Shown here piece by piece: positions 19,021-27,814 of a stretch of DNA of 64,000 bases (the stretch's first letter is position 1; each line of letters starts with the position of its first letter). The translations under genes and the position numbers were made by a program. Origin of the DNA: Magnetococcales bacterium (GTDB taxonomy: Bacteria; Pseudomonadota; Magnetococcia; Magnetococcales; DC0425bin3); NCBI GenBank assembly GCA_015231175.1, contig JADGBZ010000003.1, positions 26,463 through 90,462 of the forward strand, written 5' to 3'. The notes under the pieces were generated by a model, which saw only the letters and a program-made list of their open reading frames with translations, made no database searches and had not been told where the DNA came from.

Positions 19021-19694
19021 TGAACACGACATACCAGCACCGATTTTTAGACGGAATCGTCCCAAATCTGCCGATGGGTAAGGTGGTTTGCGTCGGTAGA
19101 AATTATCGCGAACATGTTCGGGAGTTGCAGAATCGGGAAACCGATGATCCGGTGCTGTTCATGAAGCCAGGTTCCGCCCTGGTTCCTTTTCGAGAACCCA
19201 TTCAATTGCCACGCCATGGCCGGGTCTGTCATTACGAGGCGGAGATTGCCGTACTGATAGGGGCGGTCTTGCAACATGCCGCTCCCGATGAGGTTGTTGA
19301 TGCCGTTCTTGGTTATGCCGGGGCCTTGGACCTGACCCTCAGAGACGTACAGAATCGGCTCAAAGAGGCCGGGCACCCCTGGGAGTTGGCCAAGGCCTTC
19401 GACCGTTCCTGTCCCATCACACCTTTCATACGTGGAGAGACGCTACGGAGCGACTTGGCTGACGGGCTCCATTTTTCCCTCTCGATCAACGACGCCTTGC
19501 GTCAGGAGGGAGATACCCGGGAGATGATTTGGAACCTTGAATCTCTGGTGGCCAAAATTTCCGGGTATTTTACCCTCTATCCAGGCGATGTCGTCCTGAC
19601 CGGAACCCCGGCAGGCGTGGGGCCACTGACCCCTGATGACCGCATTCTCCTGACCTTGGGGGGGTGTCACCACTTCGAGACCAGGGTGGCGTAG
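19011..19694 (+). CDS. fumarylacetoacetate hydrolase (FAH) family protein
   Basis: VVCVGRNYREHVRE, PVLFMKP, YEAEIAVLIG, GDVVLTGTPAGVG. The track start at 18834 reads through AT-rich intergenic DNA and a repeat copy. ATG 19011 or 19020 is more plausible. Confidence 0.85.
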   Translation: MESMNTTYQHRFLDGIVPNLPMGKVVCVGRNYREHVRELQNRETDDPVLFMKPGSALVPFREPIQLPRHGRVCHYEAEIAVLIGAVLQHAAPDEVVDAVLGYAGALDLTLRDVQNRLKEAGHPWELAKAFDRSCPITPFIRGETLRSDLADGLHFSLSINDALRQEGDTREMIWNLESLVAKISGYFTLYPGDVVLTGTPAGVGPLTPDDRILLTLGGCHHFETRVA

Positions 19695-19721
19695 CTCCGG
19701 CGCTGCGTTCTGCGTGTCGGT

Positions 19722-19952
19722 CTACTTATCCGACTTCTTGCCAAACGCATCAAGCCATTGGGGATAAAGAGAGAAATAGGAATCGGTCATTTTTTTGAGA
19801 TTCAGGTTGAGCGGGTCGAAAGCGTCCAGACTTGCCATCACTTTGCCGCGCATGTGCTCAATGACTTCCCGCTGCAAAGGTTCCACATCCGGAAGTCCGA
19901 GAAAAGACCGGCCCTCAGCCGGGGTAATGTCCAGTTGGATATTGATTTTCAT
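19722..19952 (-). CDS. small conserved hypothetical protein
   Basis: MKINIQLDITPAEGRSFLGLPDVEPLQ..., with an AAGGGG-type RBS upstream of the ATG at 19952. It resembles a small DUF family I recall from alphaproteobacteria, unverified. The track start at 20033 is likely too long. Confidence 0.45.
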   Translation of the reverse strand: MKINIQLDITPAEGRSFLGLPDVEPLQREVIEHMRGKVMASLDAFDPLNLNLKKMTDSYFSLYPQWLDAFGKKSDK

Positions 19953-20142
19953 GTTTTGCCCCTTACCCCCTTTTTGATTTTTCCACTCGTACCAGCCCCT
20001 GTTGACTTTAGAATGAAAACTTTCTGAACTCAATGAAATAATGGCCTATACGTCACGACTTGATCGTAAACGCGAAAAGTGCTAACAAGTGGGTGAGGGA
20101 ATGGGGGGCTGTTGGTTCGTTTGCCGTCAAAGATGAGGAATT

Positions 20143-21222
20143 ATGACCAAACTGTTCCCTATTCAGGCGACGGACTACCCTTCTCTGGCAGCATTTTGTT
20201 CAACCTTCCCCGGAGAGAATCTCTCCTCCGACATGTGGGAACGCCGCTTCAAGTTTTGGTGGGAGGAAAACCCGGTCTTCACCCCTGACTGGGTCCGAGG
20301 GTGGGTGCTCCTGGATGGTTCCCGTGTTGCAGGCATGTTGGCGGATATTCCCAGCCGGATCCAACTTTTGGGACACGAGGTGACCGTCAGCAACATATCG
20401 ACTCTGCGTATCCTCCCGATGCATCGGAAAGAGACCTCATTTTTTTTGGAGACTCTTCTCGCCCATGCCAGGGCCAGGCCTGTGTTCAATACGACCTCGA
20501 ACCCGGAAATGGCAGCCGTCCTCCGCAGTTTTCGGTTCAGGAATCTTGCGGAATATTTCGTTGAGCATCTCTTTGTGACGGATGCCTCCTTTCTGGCCCG
20601 GCAACTCCAGCAAAAAAAGCGTCTGCCCTGGGTTTTGGCCTTTCCGGTAGCGCGGATCACGCGCTTGACACAGCAACTACGATGCCGGACCGGCATCTCG
20701 AAAATGGAGGGGTTGCAAGTCCGGATTCTGGAAAACAGTGGCCCTGAGTTTGATCGCCTGTGGCAAAAGACTGATCAACTCTTCAGTTTCACCAACCGAC
20801 GGATGTCTTGTGACCTGCAATGGATTGTGCGTGCCAATCCCGTTCGTCACCTGATTCTGTTCGGTTGCTACGACCAAAACGAAACTTTGGTCGGGTATGG
20901 CCTTTTTGTACGTTGCCCGGAGGAATACCCCGCAAAATCCTTTCGGCTTGTCTGTCTGGATCTCTGGAGCGAACGGTTGACGATGCCCCCTTACATTGCC
21001 TTGATTCGTGCTGCCATCCGGTTCAGTGAGCAGAACCATCTGTCCATGACAGTCGTTCCCCAGTACGATGAAATCATCGGTCGCGCTGCGTCCTTGAGTG
21101 GTTTTCCCATACGTCGGACAAAACCGGCAGCGATATACTGCCGGTTTCCCAGAGGCGTCACACTTGGGATCAACTCTGAAAAAAGTCGCTTGAGCGGTTA
21201 CCTTGGCGATGCTGTTTTGTAG
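20143..21222 (+). CDS. hypothetical protein (possible GNAT-fold acyltransferase)
   Basis: 359-aa ORF with coding-like composition. I could not confirm any diagnostic motif. Confidence 0.45.
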   Translation: MTKLFPIQATDYPSLAAFCSTFPGENLSSDMWERRFKFWWEENPVFTPDWVRGWVLLDGSRVAGMLADIPSRIQLLGHEVTVSNISTLRILPMHRKETSFFLETLLAHARARPVFNTTSNPEMAAVLRSFRFRNLAEYFVEHLFVTDASFLARQLQQKKRLPWVLAFPVARITRLTQQLRCRTGISKMEGLQVRILENSGPEFDRLWQKTDQLFSFTNRRMSCDLQWIVRANPVRHLILFGCYDQNETLVGYGLFVRCPEEYPAKSFRLVCLDLWSERLTMPPYIALIRAAIRFSEQNHLSMTVVPQYDEIIGRAASLSGFPIRRTKPAAIYCRFPRGVTLGINSEKSRLSGYLGDAVL

Positions 21223-21310
21223 AGGGTTTGCTAACAAGACCTTGATCCGTAAACGTTGATTGTCCAGAGGCTGTCATGCTGGTCGGCATGGCATGAAGGG
21301 AGGAGGGTGA

Positions 21311-22114
21311 ATGTCGGAGATAAGTTCTACCTTGCTGAGGCAACTGGACATGTCCACGGATTTGGATCTCCTCCTTGGACGGGTTCTCAAATTTTCTCTG
21401 GAGATTTCTTCCGCTGACCGCGGCAGTATTCTGGTGCTTGACGAATCGGGCTCCGTCAAACACCAAATCCTTGCCCGACCTGGTCAGACGCCTGAGTTTG
21501 CAACGTACAGCGTACTGAAGGTGATGAAAGACGGATTGGGGGGGTGGGTTTACACCAATCACCAGCCTGCGCTGCTGAGAGACGTGACCAAAGACCCCCG
21601 TTGGGTCATTCTGCCCCAGGATCAGTGGGAGACCGGTTCGGCCATGGCCGTGCCGTTTTTTTTCCAGGAACGGATCAGTGCCATGGTGATCGTACAACAC
21701 GAGGCCAAGGAAGCTTTTGACGCATCGCACCTGGAACATCTACAGAAAGTGGCTGAACATACAGCCCATACAATCGAGAAAGCCCGCCTCATACGCAAAG
21801 CCTCGGCAGAGAACAAGGCTCTTTACACTCTCTTGGAAAAAACTCCGCAACCACTCCTGATTGTCGATGAGATGCACCGGATTACCTTTCTGAATCAGGC
21901 AGCTTTGCCCTATTTTACCAGCAATCCGACTGGTTGCGACATGCAGGTTTTTCCGGAGGGGAGTGGGTTGCTCCAGGCAATCCGCCTGTTCCGCAGTGAG
22001 GAGGTCACACCGCAACAATTGAAAGTTCGCACGAGCTGGCCTACGCGAGAGAGTCTTAAAATGAGTGTGCGGGAACTCTCTCCCCTGGGACTGGTCCTGA
22101 CTTTTTTGGAGTAA
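21311..22114 (+). CDS. GAF domain protein with C-terminal PAS-like region
   Basis: The GAF-like stretch runs from ADRGSILVLDESGSV through GGWVYTNHQP and MAVPFFFQERISAMVIVQH. This is followed by PQPLLIVDEMHRITFLNQAA. Confidence 0.6.
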   Translation: MSEISSTLLRQLDMSTDLDLLLGRVLKFSLEISSADRGSILVLDESGSVKHQILARPGQTPEFATYSVLKVMKDGLGGWVYTNHQPALLRDVTKDPRWVILPQDQWETGSAMAVPFFFQERISAMVIVQHEAKEAFDASHLEHLQKVAEHTAHTIEKARLIRKASAENKALYTLLEKTPQPLLIVDEMHRITFLNQAALPYFTSNPTGCDMQVFPEGSGLLQAIRLFRSEEVTPQQLKVRTSWPTRESLKMSVRELSPLGLVLTFLE

Positions 22115-22188
22115 TTATGTAACCGCTAACGCACGCGGACGCACATGATGTTTTGGGCCTTGGGTACCGAACAGTTGCGTGATCGTTT

Positions 22189-22926
22189 TTATGGCTGGTC
22201 AGAGATCAGCACACTCTCCAGTACCCGCACGGCATCCCCGATTTGCACCGGGTCGTGGGCATTGGAACCGGGCGAAATCATGGCTCCGTGGCGTCGGCAT
22301 ATATCCAGGTATGGGCGCATGGGCTCGTGGTAGGCCGGATTGAGTTCAACGGCGATCCTTCGTTCTGCGGCGCGGATCACGATGGCCTCGAACAACTCCA
22401 TGGGAAACGAAGAGATATAACGGTTACACACCCCCCCTGGATGGGCAATGGCATCGACCAGAGGGTTCTCCAGCAGGCCCATGCTGGCGCGGAATTCGAC
22501 ATCCACAGCCTGGGCGGGATTGCGGTAGCCGGTGCGCCAATCTCCCTCCGGAAACGCATGGACAGCACCGAGAATAAAGTCGGCTTCGCGCAGCATGTGA
22601 TCGGTCAGATCCAGAGTACCGGCAAAATCCATCACCGGAACCTCCAAACCAAGGCGAATGTCGATGACTCCAGACCATTGTGCCTGCAAACGGCGCATCT
22701 CCTCGACATAGCGAGAAAACCAATCCCCGCTGCCAACCAGTTCATCTTCGGTGTGCTCGGTGAAGATAATGCGCTTGATGCCGGCTCCCACAGCGTAGCG
22801 AATCACTTCGGAGGCCAGTGCGGAGCCGTCGGAATGGGTGGAGTGGACATGATATTCCCAGGCGGGCAGGGGAGTCGCCAACCGGGTTGTCTGGAGAAAA
22901 AAATCTTCACGAAGATGGGGGCGCAT
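22189..22926 (-). CDS. PHP-family metal-dependent phosphoesterase
   Basis: YHVHSTHSDGS, IIFTEHTE, GAVHAF, IAHPGG and GSNAHD are typical PHP His/Asp motifs. Confidence 0.75.
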   Translation of the reverse strand: MRPHLREDFFLQTTRLATPLPAWEYHVHSTHSDGSALASEVIRYAVGAGIKRIIFTEHTEDELVGSGDWFSRYVEEMRRLQAQWSGVIDIRLGLEVPVMDFAGTLDLTDHMLREADFILGAVHAFPEGDWRTGYRNPAQAVDVEFRASMGLLENPLVDAIAHPGGVCNRYISSFPMELFEAIVIRAAERRIAVELNPAYHEPMRPYLDICRRHGAMISPGSNAHDPVQIGDAVRVLESVLISDQP

Positions 22927-22965
22927 GTCTTTCCATCGTCCTTCAGAATAGGTTTTTTTCGGGAT

Positions 22966-24180
22966 TCATGCGAGTTGGCAAGCGTGTCGCTGATGATGTT
23001 CCAGCATACGAAAAACCAGGAGGATACGCTGAAAAAAGCTCTCTTTCAAAGCACGTTCACGCGGGGAGTGATCCCACTCACCAAAAGGGCCAAATCCGTC
23101 CAGAGTGACGGTACCTGCGGCATGGGTCAGGTTGGCGTCACTCACGCCACCACGCACCTCGGTGGGCAGGGGATCGCCTGTGATGGCGCGCAAGGCCTCC
23201 AGCAGGCGACTCTGCCGCATATCGGGAGAAAACAGTTCGCGTTGGATGCCCCCCTCCAGAGTCAGTTTTCCGCCGGGAAGGGGAGGGTGAGTGACCAGGG
23301 TGTCGATGGCCCGCAACAGGCGCATCTTCTCGCTTTCCGAGGTATAACGAAGTTCAAATTTGAGTGTGGCGGTCGGACTGATGGTGTTGATGCCCACCCC
23401 TCCTTCCATGCGGCCCACGTTGAGGGTGGTTTTTTGAGCCGGATCGGCCAATTTGGCCAGCGCCAGTATGGCATGGGCGGCGATCGTGTTAGCGCAAACG
23501 CCCAAAGCGTGGTCATTGCCAGAGTGGGCCGCCACCCCCGCGATGTGCAGGATGAAACTCCCCACCCCCTTGCGTCCGATCACCACTTCGCCGTGCCGCC
23601 CAGCCGCCTCGAACACCAGGCAAAAATCATATTCCTGGGCAATATCCAGCGTCAGAGAGCGGGAGTCGTCACTGCCGGTTTCTTCGTCGGAGACCAGAAG
23701 AATGTCGATATTGCGAATGGGACCGGTCTTTTCATCAAGTTGGCGCAAAGCTTCCAAAAGGACAATCAACCCCCCCTTCATGTCGCAAACGCCAGGCCCG
23801 TAGACCCACTGCGCGTCTTCCCGGAAAGTTGCAGGCGAGTCGGGGAGGGCAACAGTATCCAAATGGCCTACAAGGAGAATTTTTTGACCAGGAACGGTCG
23901 GGGACCGATAGTGCCAGTGATGACCGATGTGGGTCCGTTTGTGGCGCTGGGCTGCGTAACCAAGCGCTTCCAGGTGAGGCTGAAAAAATGCCCCTACAGC
24001 GTCGACACCTGCCTTGTTGGCAGTGTGAGAGTTGATGTCAACGATGTGTTGCAACAGGGAAAAAAGAGGCGGACGCAAAGCAATGGACCCTAAAAAACGA
24101 TTGTAAAAGAGTGGGATGGAGCTCCAGGAGGCAGGGTTGCGCCACTCCTCCTGGGTGGGTTCGGGGCGAAGCCTTGACAA
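22966..24180 (-). CDS. M20-family metallopeptidase (carboxypeptidase G2 / ArgE-DapE type)
   Basis: GHLDTV, DMKGG, SDEETGS, GVAAHSG. The first ~100 nt of the track ORF overlap a repeat copy (24113-24185). The real start is probably downstream, for example TTG at 24078. Confidence 0.8.
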   Translation of the reverse strand: MSRLRPEPTQEEWRNPASWSSIPLFYNRFLGSIALRPPLFSLLQHIVDINSHTANKAGVDAVGAFFQPHLEALGYAAQRHKRTHIGHHWHYRSPTVPGQKILLVGHLDTVALPDSPATFREDAQWVYGPGVCDMKGGLIVLLEALRQLDEKTGPIRNIDILLVSDEETGSDDSRSLTLDIAQEYDFCLVFEAAGRHGEVVIGRKGVGSFILHIAGVAAHSGNDHALGVCANTIAAHAILALAKLADPAQKTTLNVGRMEGGVGINTISPTATLKFELRYTSESEKMRLLRAIDTLVTHPPLPGGKLTLEGGIQRELFSPDMRQSRLLEALRAITGDPLPTEVRGGVSDANLTHAAGTVTLDGFGPFGEWDHSPRERALKESFFQRILLVFRMLEHHQRHACQLA

Positions 24181-24185
24181 AATCT
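24113..24185 (+). repeat. repeat family, variant 2 (long-hairpin form), degenerate copy
   Basis: GGGATGGAGCTCCAGGAGG...CCTCCTGGGTGGGTTCGGGGCGAAGCCTTGACAAA. Shares the core TGGGGTTCGGGGCGAAGCCCTGACAAAGGC with the other copies. Confidence 0.75.
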
Positions 24186-24196
24186 GTTAATTTTTT

Positions 24197-24344
24197 GGTA
24201 TCTATTCAGCACCTGCCAACGAATCGGGGTCCAGGAGGCTTGCTCACCGGCAGGGCCTTAGACAGTGTCCTGGCACGGTTCGGGGCGCAGCCCTGACAAA
24301 GGCTTACATGTCCAAGCTCTTCCTGCAATGGCGGGAATAATTAC
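24197..24344 (+). repeat. repeat family, full-length but degenerate copy (148 bp)
   Basis: Collinear with the copy at 24352-24498 but with many substitutions. The terminal inverted repeats are eroded. Confidence 0.75.
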
Positions 24345-24351
24345 ATTTTTT

Positions 24352-24498
24352 GTAACTATTCAGCACCCGACCACGAATCGGGGTCCAGGGGGCTGGCTCC
24401 CTGGCAGGTCCAGGACAGAGTCCTGGTGGGGTTCGGGGCGAAGCCCTGACAAAGGCTTTCATATCCAGGCTTTTTTTGAAAGGGTGCTGAATAGTTAC
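24352..24498 (+). repeat. repeat family, intact 147-bp copy with perfect 17-bp terminal inverted repeats (MITE/REP-like)
   Basis: Left end GTAACTATTCAGCACCC (24352-24368) is the exact reverse complement of the right end GGGTGCTGAATAGTTAC (24482-24498). Internal hairpins CCAGGG-N8-CCCTGG and CCAGGA-CAGAG-TCCTGG, then GGGC-GAA-GCCC. Confidence 0.9.
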
Positions 24499-24594
24499 CA
24501 TTTTTTTTAATATTTGGCAGGCAACCGAGTCTGGCGAAGTCGGACGTGCAAAGTCAATGAAATTTTGGTAGGGTGGGATGGAAAGGAGATTCCC

Positions 24595-24864
24595 ATGACG
24601 ACGATCACGTTTGATACCCTGAAATATGTCAAGGTACTCAAGGCTGCCGGTTTCGACGAGGTCCAAGCAGAGGCCATGGCTCAGGCCCAGTCTGACTTTG
24701 TGAAGCAGGTGCAAGAATCCAACCTTAAAGAATTGGCCACAAAAGCCGACCTGAAACTGGCAATTTCCGAACTAAAAGCCGAAACCATCAAATGGATGTT
24801 TGGTGTGGCCGCCGGTCAGGCAATGTTCATCATTGCCATTCTCAAGTTGTCTCCGACGCATTGA
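24595..24864 (+). CDS. DUF1640-like coiled-coil membrane-anchored protein
   Basis: MTTITFDTLKYVKVLKAAGFDEVQAEAMA...IKWMFGVAAGQAMFIIAILKL. AAGGAG RBS at 24583-24588. The track start at 24514 is probably too early. Confidence 0.7.
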   Translation: MTTITFDTLKYVKVLKAAGFDEVQAEAMAQAQSDFVKQVQESNLKELATKADLKLAISELKAETIKWMFGVAAGQAMFIIAILKLSPTH

Positions 24865-24993
24865 GCGACCAAAGTTGGCCACTCCACCATGAAAAAGGGG
24901 TGGTTGATTGTTTGGCTATCGCATTCGGTTCAGCAACCGAACCTTCACCTCGATGCATACCAAAAACTTTTGTTTACCGACTCGTCTCCACAC

Positions 24994-25030
24994 AAAAAAC
25001 CCCATGAAGGGTGCAAATTCATGGGGTTTT
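24994..25030. terminator. bidirectional rho-independent terminator
   Basis: 9-bp stem CCCCATGAA / TTCATGGGG with a 9-nt loop, flanked by AAAAAA on the left and TTTT on the right. It sits between the convergent DUF1640 gene and tRNA-Glu. Confidence 0.65.
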
Positions 25031-25060
25031 GATCTATATGGACGGCATCGGACGGTCATT

Positions 25061-25136
25061 TGGCGTCCCCAAGGGGATTCGAACCCCTGTTACCGGCGTG
25101 AGAGGCCGGCGTCCTAGGCCTCTAGACGATGGGGAC
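25061..25136 (-). tRNA. tRNA-Glu (anticodon CUC)
   Basis: The minus strand reads GTCCCCATCGTCTAGAGGCCTAGGACGCCGGCCTCTCACGCCGGTAACAGGGGTTCGAATCCCCTTGGGGACGCCA. Cloverleaf with a 7-bp acceptor stem, anticodon loop CU-CUC-AC, T-loop GGTTCGAATCC, and an encoded CCA. Confidence 0.9.
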
Positions 25137-25259
25137 ATCGTTTGAATCCAGCATTATTGAACCAAAACGACCTCCAAGGCAACTTTTTTTGCAACTGTCT
25201 GGAATTTTTTTAACAAGGGCTTGACATGGCAGGGGCCGAGTGTCGCATAGTCGCTCCTC

Positions 25260-27311
25260 TCATTTGATACGCATACCCGGTTGCGCCCCGGCATCCGGGA
25301 GGAGAAGAAAAATATCCTGGCCGCCTGGACCAGCGGCCAAAACCATTCCTTCGGAAAGGCCAAATTTCATCTTGCGAGGTTTCAGATTGGCCACCACCAC
25401 CGTCAAACGGTCGCGCAGATCGGCAGTTTGATAGGCGGATTTGATGCCGGCAAAGACGGTGCGCGTGCCCAGGGAACCGAGATCCAGGGTCAGTTTCAGT
25501 AGTTTCTCGGCTCCGGGGACATCCTCCGCTGTCACGATGCGTGCCACCCGCAAATCCACCTTGATGAAATCATCGATGGGAATTTCATCTGCTAAATCAT
25601 TCATTTCAGAGATTGGCGTAGGAGGGGAGGGGAGGGGGGAAGTCGTTCCCAACGCTGCGGAAGGGTCTCCCTCTTCTCTGGCGGCGAGGAGCATGGCTTC
25701 CACTTTTTGAGGATCCACTCGCGCCATGAGGTGCTTGAATGGTTTGACCGAGCGACCATGCCAGGGATGTTCCCGATCTTCCCAGGTCCATGCGGGCACG
25801 GCGAAAAATTGTTCGACCTTCTGTCCGAGTTGCGGCAGAACCGGCTTCAAGTAGAGAATCAGGATACGGAAAAGATTGAGAGCAACGGTACAGGTATCCT
25901 GCAATGCTGCCGAGTGGGCATCCTCTTTGGCCATTTGCCAAGGCGCCCTGCTCTCCACAAACCGATTCGCCTCCTCGGCCAAACGCATGATGGCACGCAT
26001 GGCACGGGCATATTCACGACTTTCATAGAGTTGGCCAATCTCCTCGCCGGCCTCGACAAATTGCCGGTGCAAACCCCCATCGTCCGGATACTCTCTGGAG
26101 AGTTGACCGGAAAATCCCTTGTGGATGAAGTTGGCGGTCCGCGCAGCGATATTGACCACCTTGCCCACCAGATCGCTGTTGACCCGCTGGGTGAAGTCCG
26201 CAAAATTCAGGTCGATGTCATCCACCCGGTTGGTCAGTTTGGCGGCATAATAGTAGCGAAGGTACTCCGGATCCAAAAATTCGAGATAGGTCTTGGCATT
26301 GATGAAGGTTCCTCGCGATTTCGACATCTTCATGCCGTTCACGGTCAGGAAACCGTGGGCAAAGATGGCGGTCGGCGTGCGGAAACCGGCCCCGTGCAGC
26401 AAGGCAGGCCAAAACAGGGTGTGAAAGTAGAGAATATCCTTGCCAATGAAGTGATAAACCTCGGCCTGGGCATCGGCTGACCAATAGGAGGAGAAATCCT
26501 TGCCCTCCCGTTGGCACCAGTTCATGGTGGAGGCCATGTAACCGATGGGAGCATCCAGCCAGACATAAAAATATTTACCCGGGGCATCGGGGATTTCAAA
26601 CCCGAAATAGGGTCCATCCCGGGAGATATCCCAATCCTTCAACCCCTCTTTGAACCATTCGTCAAGCTTGTTGGCCATCTCTTCCTGGAGGCGCCCGGAA
26701 CGGGTCCAATCCTTCAGAAAGGTTGCAAAGTCGGCAAGTTTGAAAAAGATGTGCTCCGATTCGCGCTCCACGGGCGGCGAGGCGCAGATGGCGCAACGGG
26801 CATCTTTCAGATCCAGGGGAGAATAAGTGCTGCTGCACACTTCGCAGGCATCGCCATACTGGTCCAGGGCGCCACAGGAGGGGCAGGTGCCGCGCACGTA
26901 GCGATCCGGCAGGAACATGCCGTCGGTTTCGCAATAGGCCTGACGCACCATGCGGCGATCCATGTGTCCGCCATCCCGGTTTGCTTCATAGATCTTGTTG
27001 GAAATAAGACGGTTTTCCTCGGAATCTGTGCTGTAGTAATTGTCGAAACCAATGGCAAAACCGGCAAAATCCCGGGTGTGTTCCTCATGCATGCGGGTGA
27101 TCAATTCCTTGGGAGGAATACCCTCGCGCATGGCTCGGATCATGATGGGGGTGCCATGGGTATCGTCGGCGCAGATGTAGACACAATCGTGTTGGCGCAA
27201 CTTGTGGTAGCGGACCCAGATATCGGTCTGGACATACTCCACGAGGTGGCCCAGGTGGATGGGTCCATTGGCATATGGAAGGGCGCTGGTGACCAGGATG
27301 CGACGACACAT
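25260..27311 (-). CDS. metG: methionyl-tRNA synthetase with C-terminal tRNA-binding domain
   Basis: [22 protein letters not shown] (HIGH motif), zinc knuckles CPSCG...CEVC, KMSKSRG (KMSKS motif). The real start is MCRRILV at 27311. The track start at 27503 reads through a repeat copy. Confidence 0.95.
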   Translation of the reverse strand: MCRRILVTSALPYANGPIHLGHLVEYVQTDIWVRYHKLRQHDCVYICADDTHGTPIMIRAMREGIPPKELITRMHEEHTRDFAGFAIGFDNYYSTDSEENRLISNKIYEANRDGGHMDRRMVRQAYCETDGMFLPDRYVRGTCPSCGALDQYGDACEVCSSTYSPLDLKDARCAICASPPVERESEHIFFKLADFATFLKDWTRSGRLQEEMANKLDEWFKEGLKDWDISRDGPYFGFEIPDAPGKYFYVWLDAPIGYMASTMNWCQREGKDFSSYWSADAQAEVYHFIGKDILYFHTLFWPALLHGAGFRTPTAIFAHGFLTVNGMKMSKSRGTFINAKTYLEFLDPEYLRYYYAAKLTNRVDDIDLNFADFTQRVNSDLVGKVVNIAARTANFIHKGFSGQLSREYPDDGGLHRQFVEAGEEIGQLYESREYARAMRAIMRLAEEANRFVESRAPWQMAKEDAHSAALQDTCTVALNLFRILILYLKPVLPQLGQKVEQFFAVPAWTWEDREHPWHGRSVKPFKHLMARVDPQKVEAMLLAAREEGDPSAALGTTSPLPSPPTPISEMNDLADEIPIDDFIKVDLRVARIVTAEDVPGAEKLLKLTLDLGSLGTRTVFAGIKSAYQTADLRDRLTVVVANLKPRKMKFGLSEGMVLAAGPGGQDIFLLLPDAGAQPGMRIK

Positions 27312-27426
27312 GGCAGAAACAATCCTTTCGCGGGATTTTTTTGGCGGTGTGATGATCAGACCGGCGATTCTAGGCTTGCCAGGATGCGACGGCAAGCCAG
27401 GACAACGAAGAGGCAGGGCAATCGCA

Positions 27427-27520
27427 ATCCGGGGTCCAGGGGGGGCTGGCTCCCTGGTGGGGTTCGGGGCGAAGCCCTGACAAAGGCTTTCATGGGCTTT
27501 CATGTCCAGGCTTTTCCGGG
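27427..27520 (+). repeat. repeat family, partial copy lacking the middle hairpin
   Basis: ATCCGGGGTCCAGGGGGGGCTGGCTCCCTGGTGGGGTTCGGGGCGAAGCCCTGACAAAGGCTTTCAT... Confidence 0.8.
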
Positions 27521-27534
27521 CTTTAGGGGTTCAG

Positions 27535-27814
27535 GGATCATTTAACATAATCGGAATCCGGGCTAGGTTCAGGGACAATTTAACATAATATATCTTATGC
27601 GACAAAATGATTGCAATGATTGCATTGTGATTTGCGCCATGTGCCAAACCGGAAAAACTGATAATGTGCCAAATGCGCCAAAACTGGATGACTGGAAAAA
27701 ATTGTGCCAAATGTGCCAAATGGAGAAACAGGAAAAATTTGTGCCAAATGTGCCAAATGGGCGAATTTAACATTTAACATTGTATTACTGAAAACTGGAA
27801 AAATTTGTGCCAAA
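27535..27814. repeat. AT-rich block of short repeats, including 8 copies of GTGCCAAA (7 exact, 1 GCGCCAAA)
   Basis: GTGCCAAA at 27641, 27666, 27704, 27713, 27741, 27750 and 27807, plus GCGCCAAA at 27675. Two doublets have the form GGAAAAA(W)TTGTGCCAAATGTGCCAAATGG. Also GGTTCAGGGA(N)CA(A)TTTAACATAAT x2 (27535-27561, 27575-27599) and ATGATTGCA x2. Lies between divergent metG and the HD-GYP gene. Confidence 0.85.

Noticed and set aside
22243-24093. 616-aa plus-strand ORF spanning the PHP and M20 peptidase genes
   Set aside because: It is antisense to two minus-strand ORFs with clear family motifs (HVHSTHSDG; GHLDTV, SDEETGS). Its own translation is low-complexity, Gly/Arg/His-rich and has no motif. 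Long antisense ORFs are typical of GC-rich DNA.
25061-25136. tRNA-Glu as an integration site of a genomic island
   Set aside because: There is no integrase, no direct repeat of the tRNA 3' end and no compositional break nearby. The flanking genes are housekeeping (metG) or small conserved proteins.
26511-27545. 344-aa plus-strand ORF (and the 257-aa ORF at 25707-26480)
   Set aside because: Antisense to metG, which has the HIGH and KMSKS motifs.
27641-27814. TTTGGCAC octamers (minus strand) as sigma-54 promoters
   Set aside because: None has a GC dinucleotide at the required spacing. In the doublets the next GC is 2 nt too close. They are reported as a repeat or binding-site array instead.
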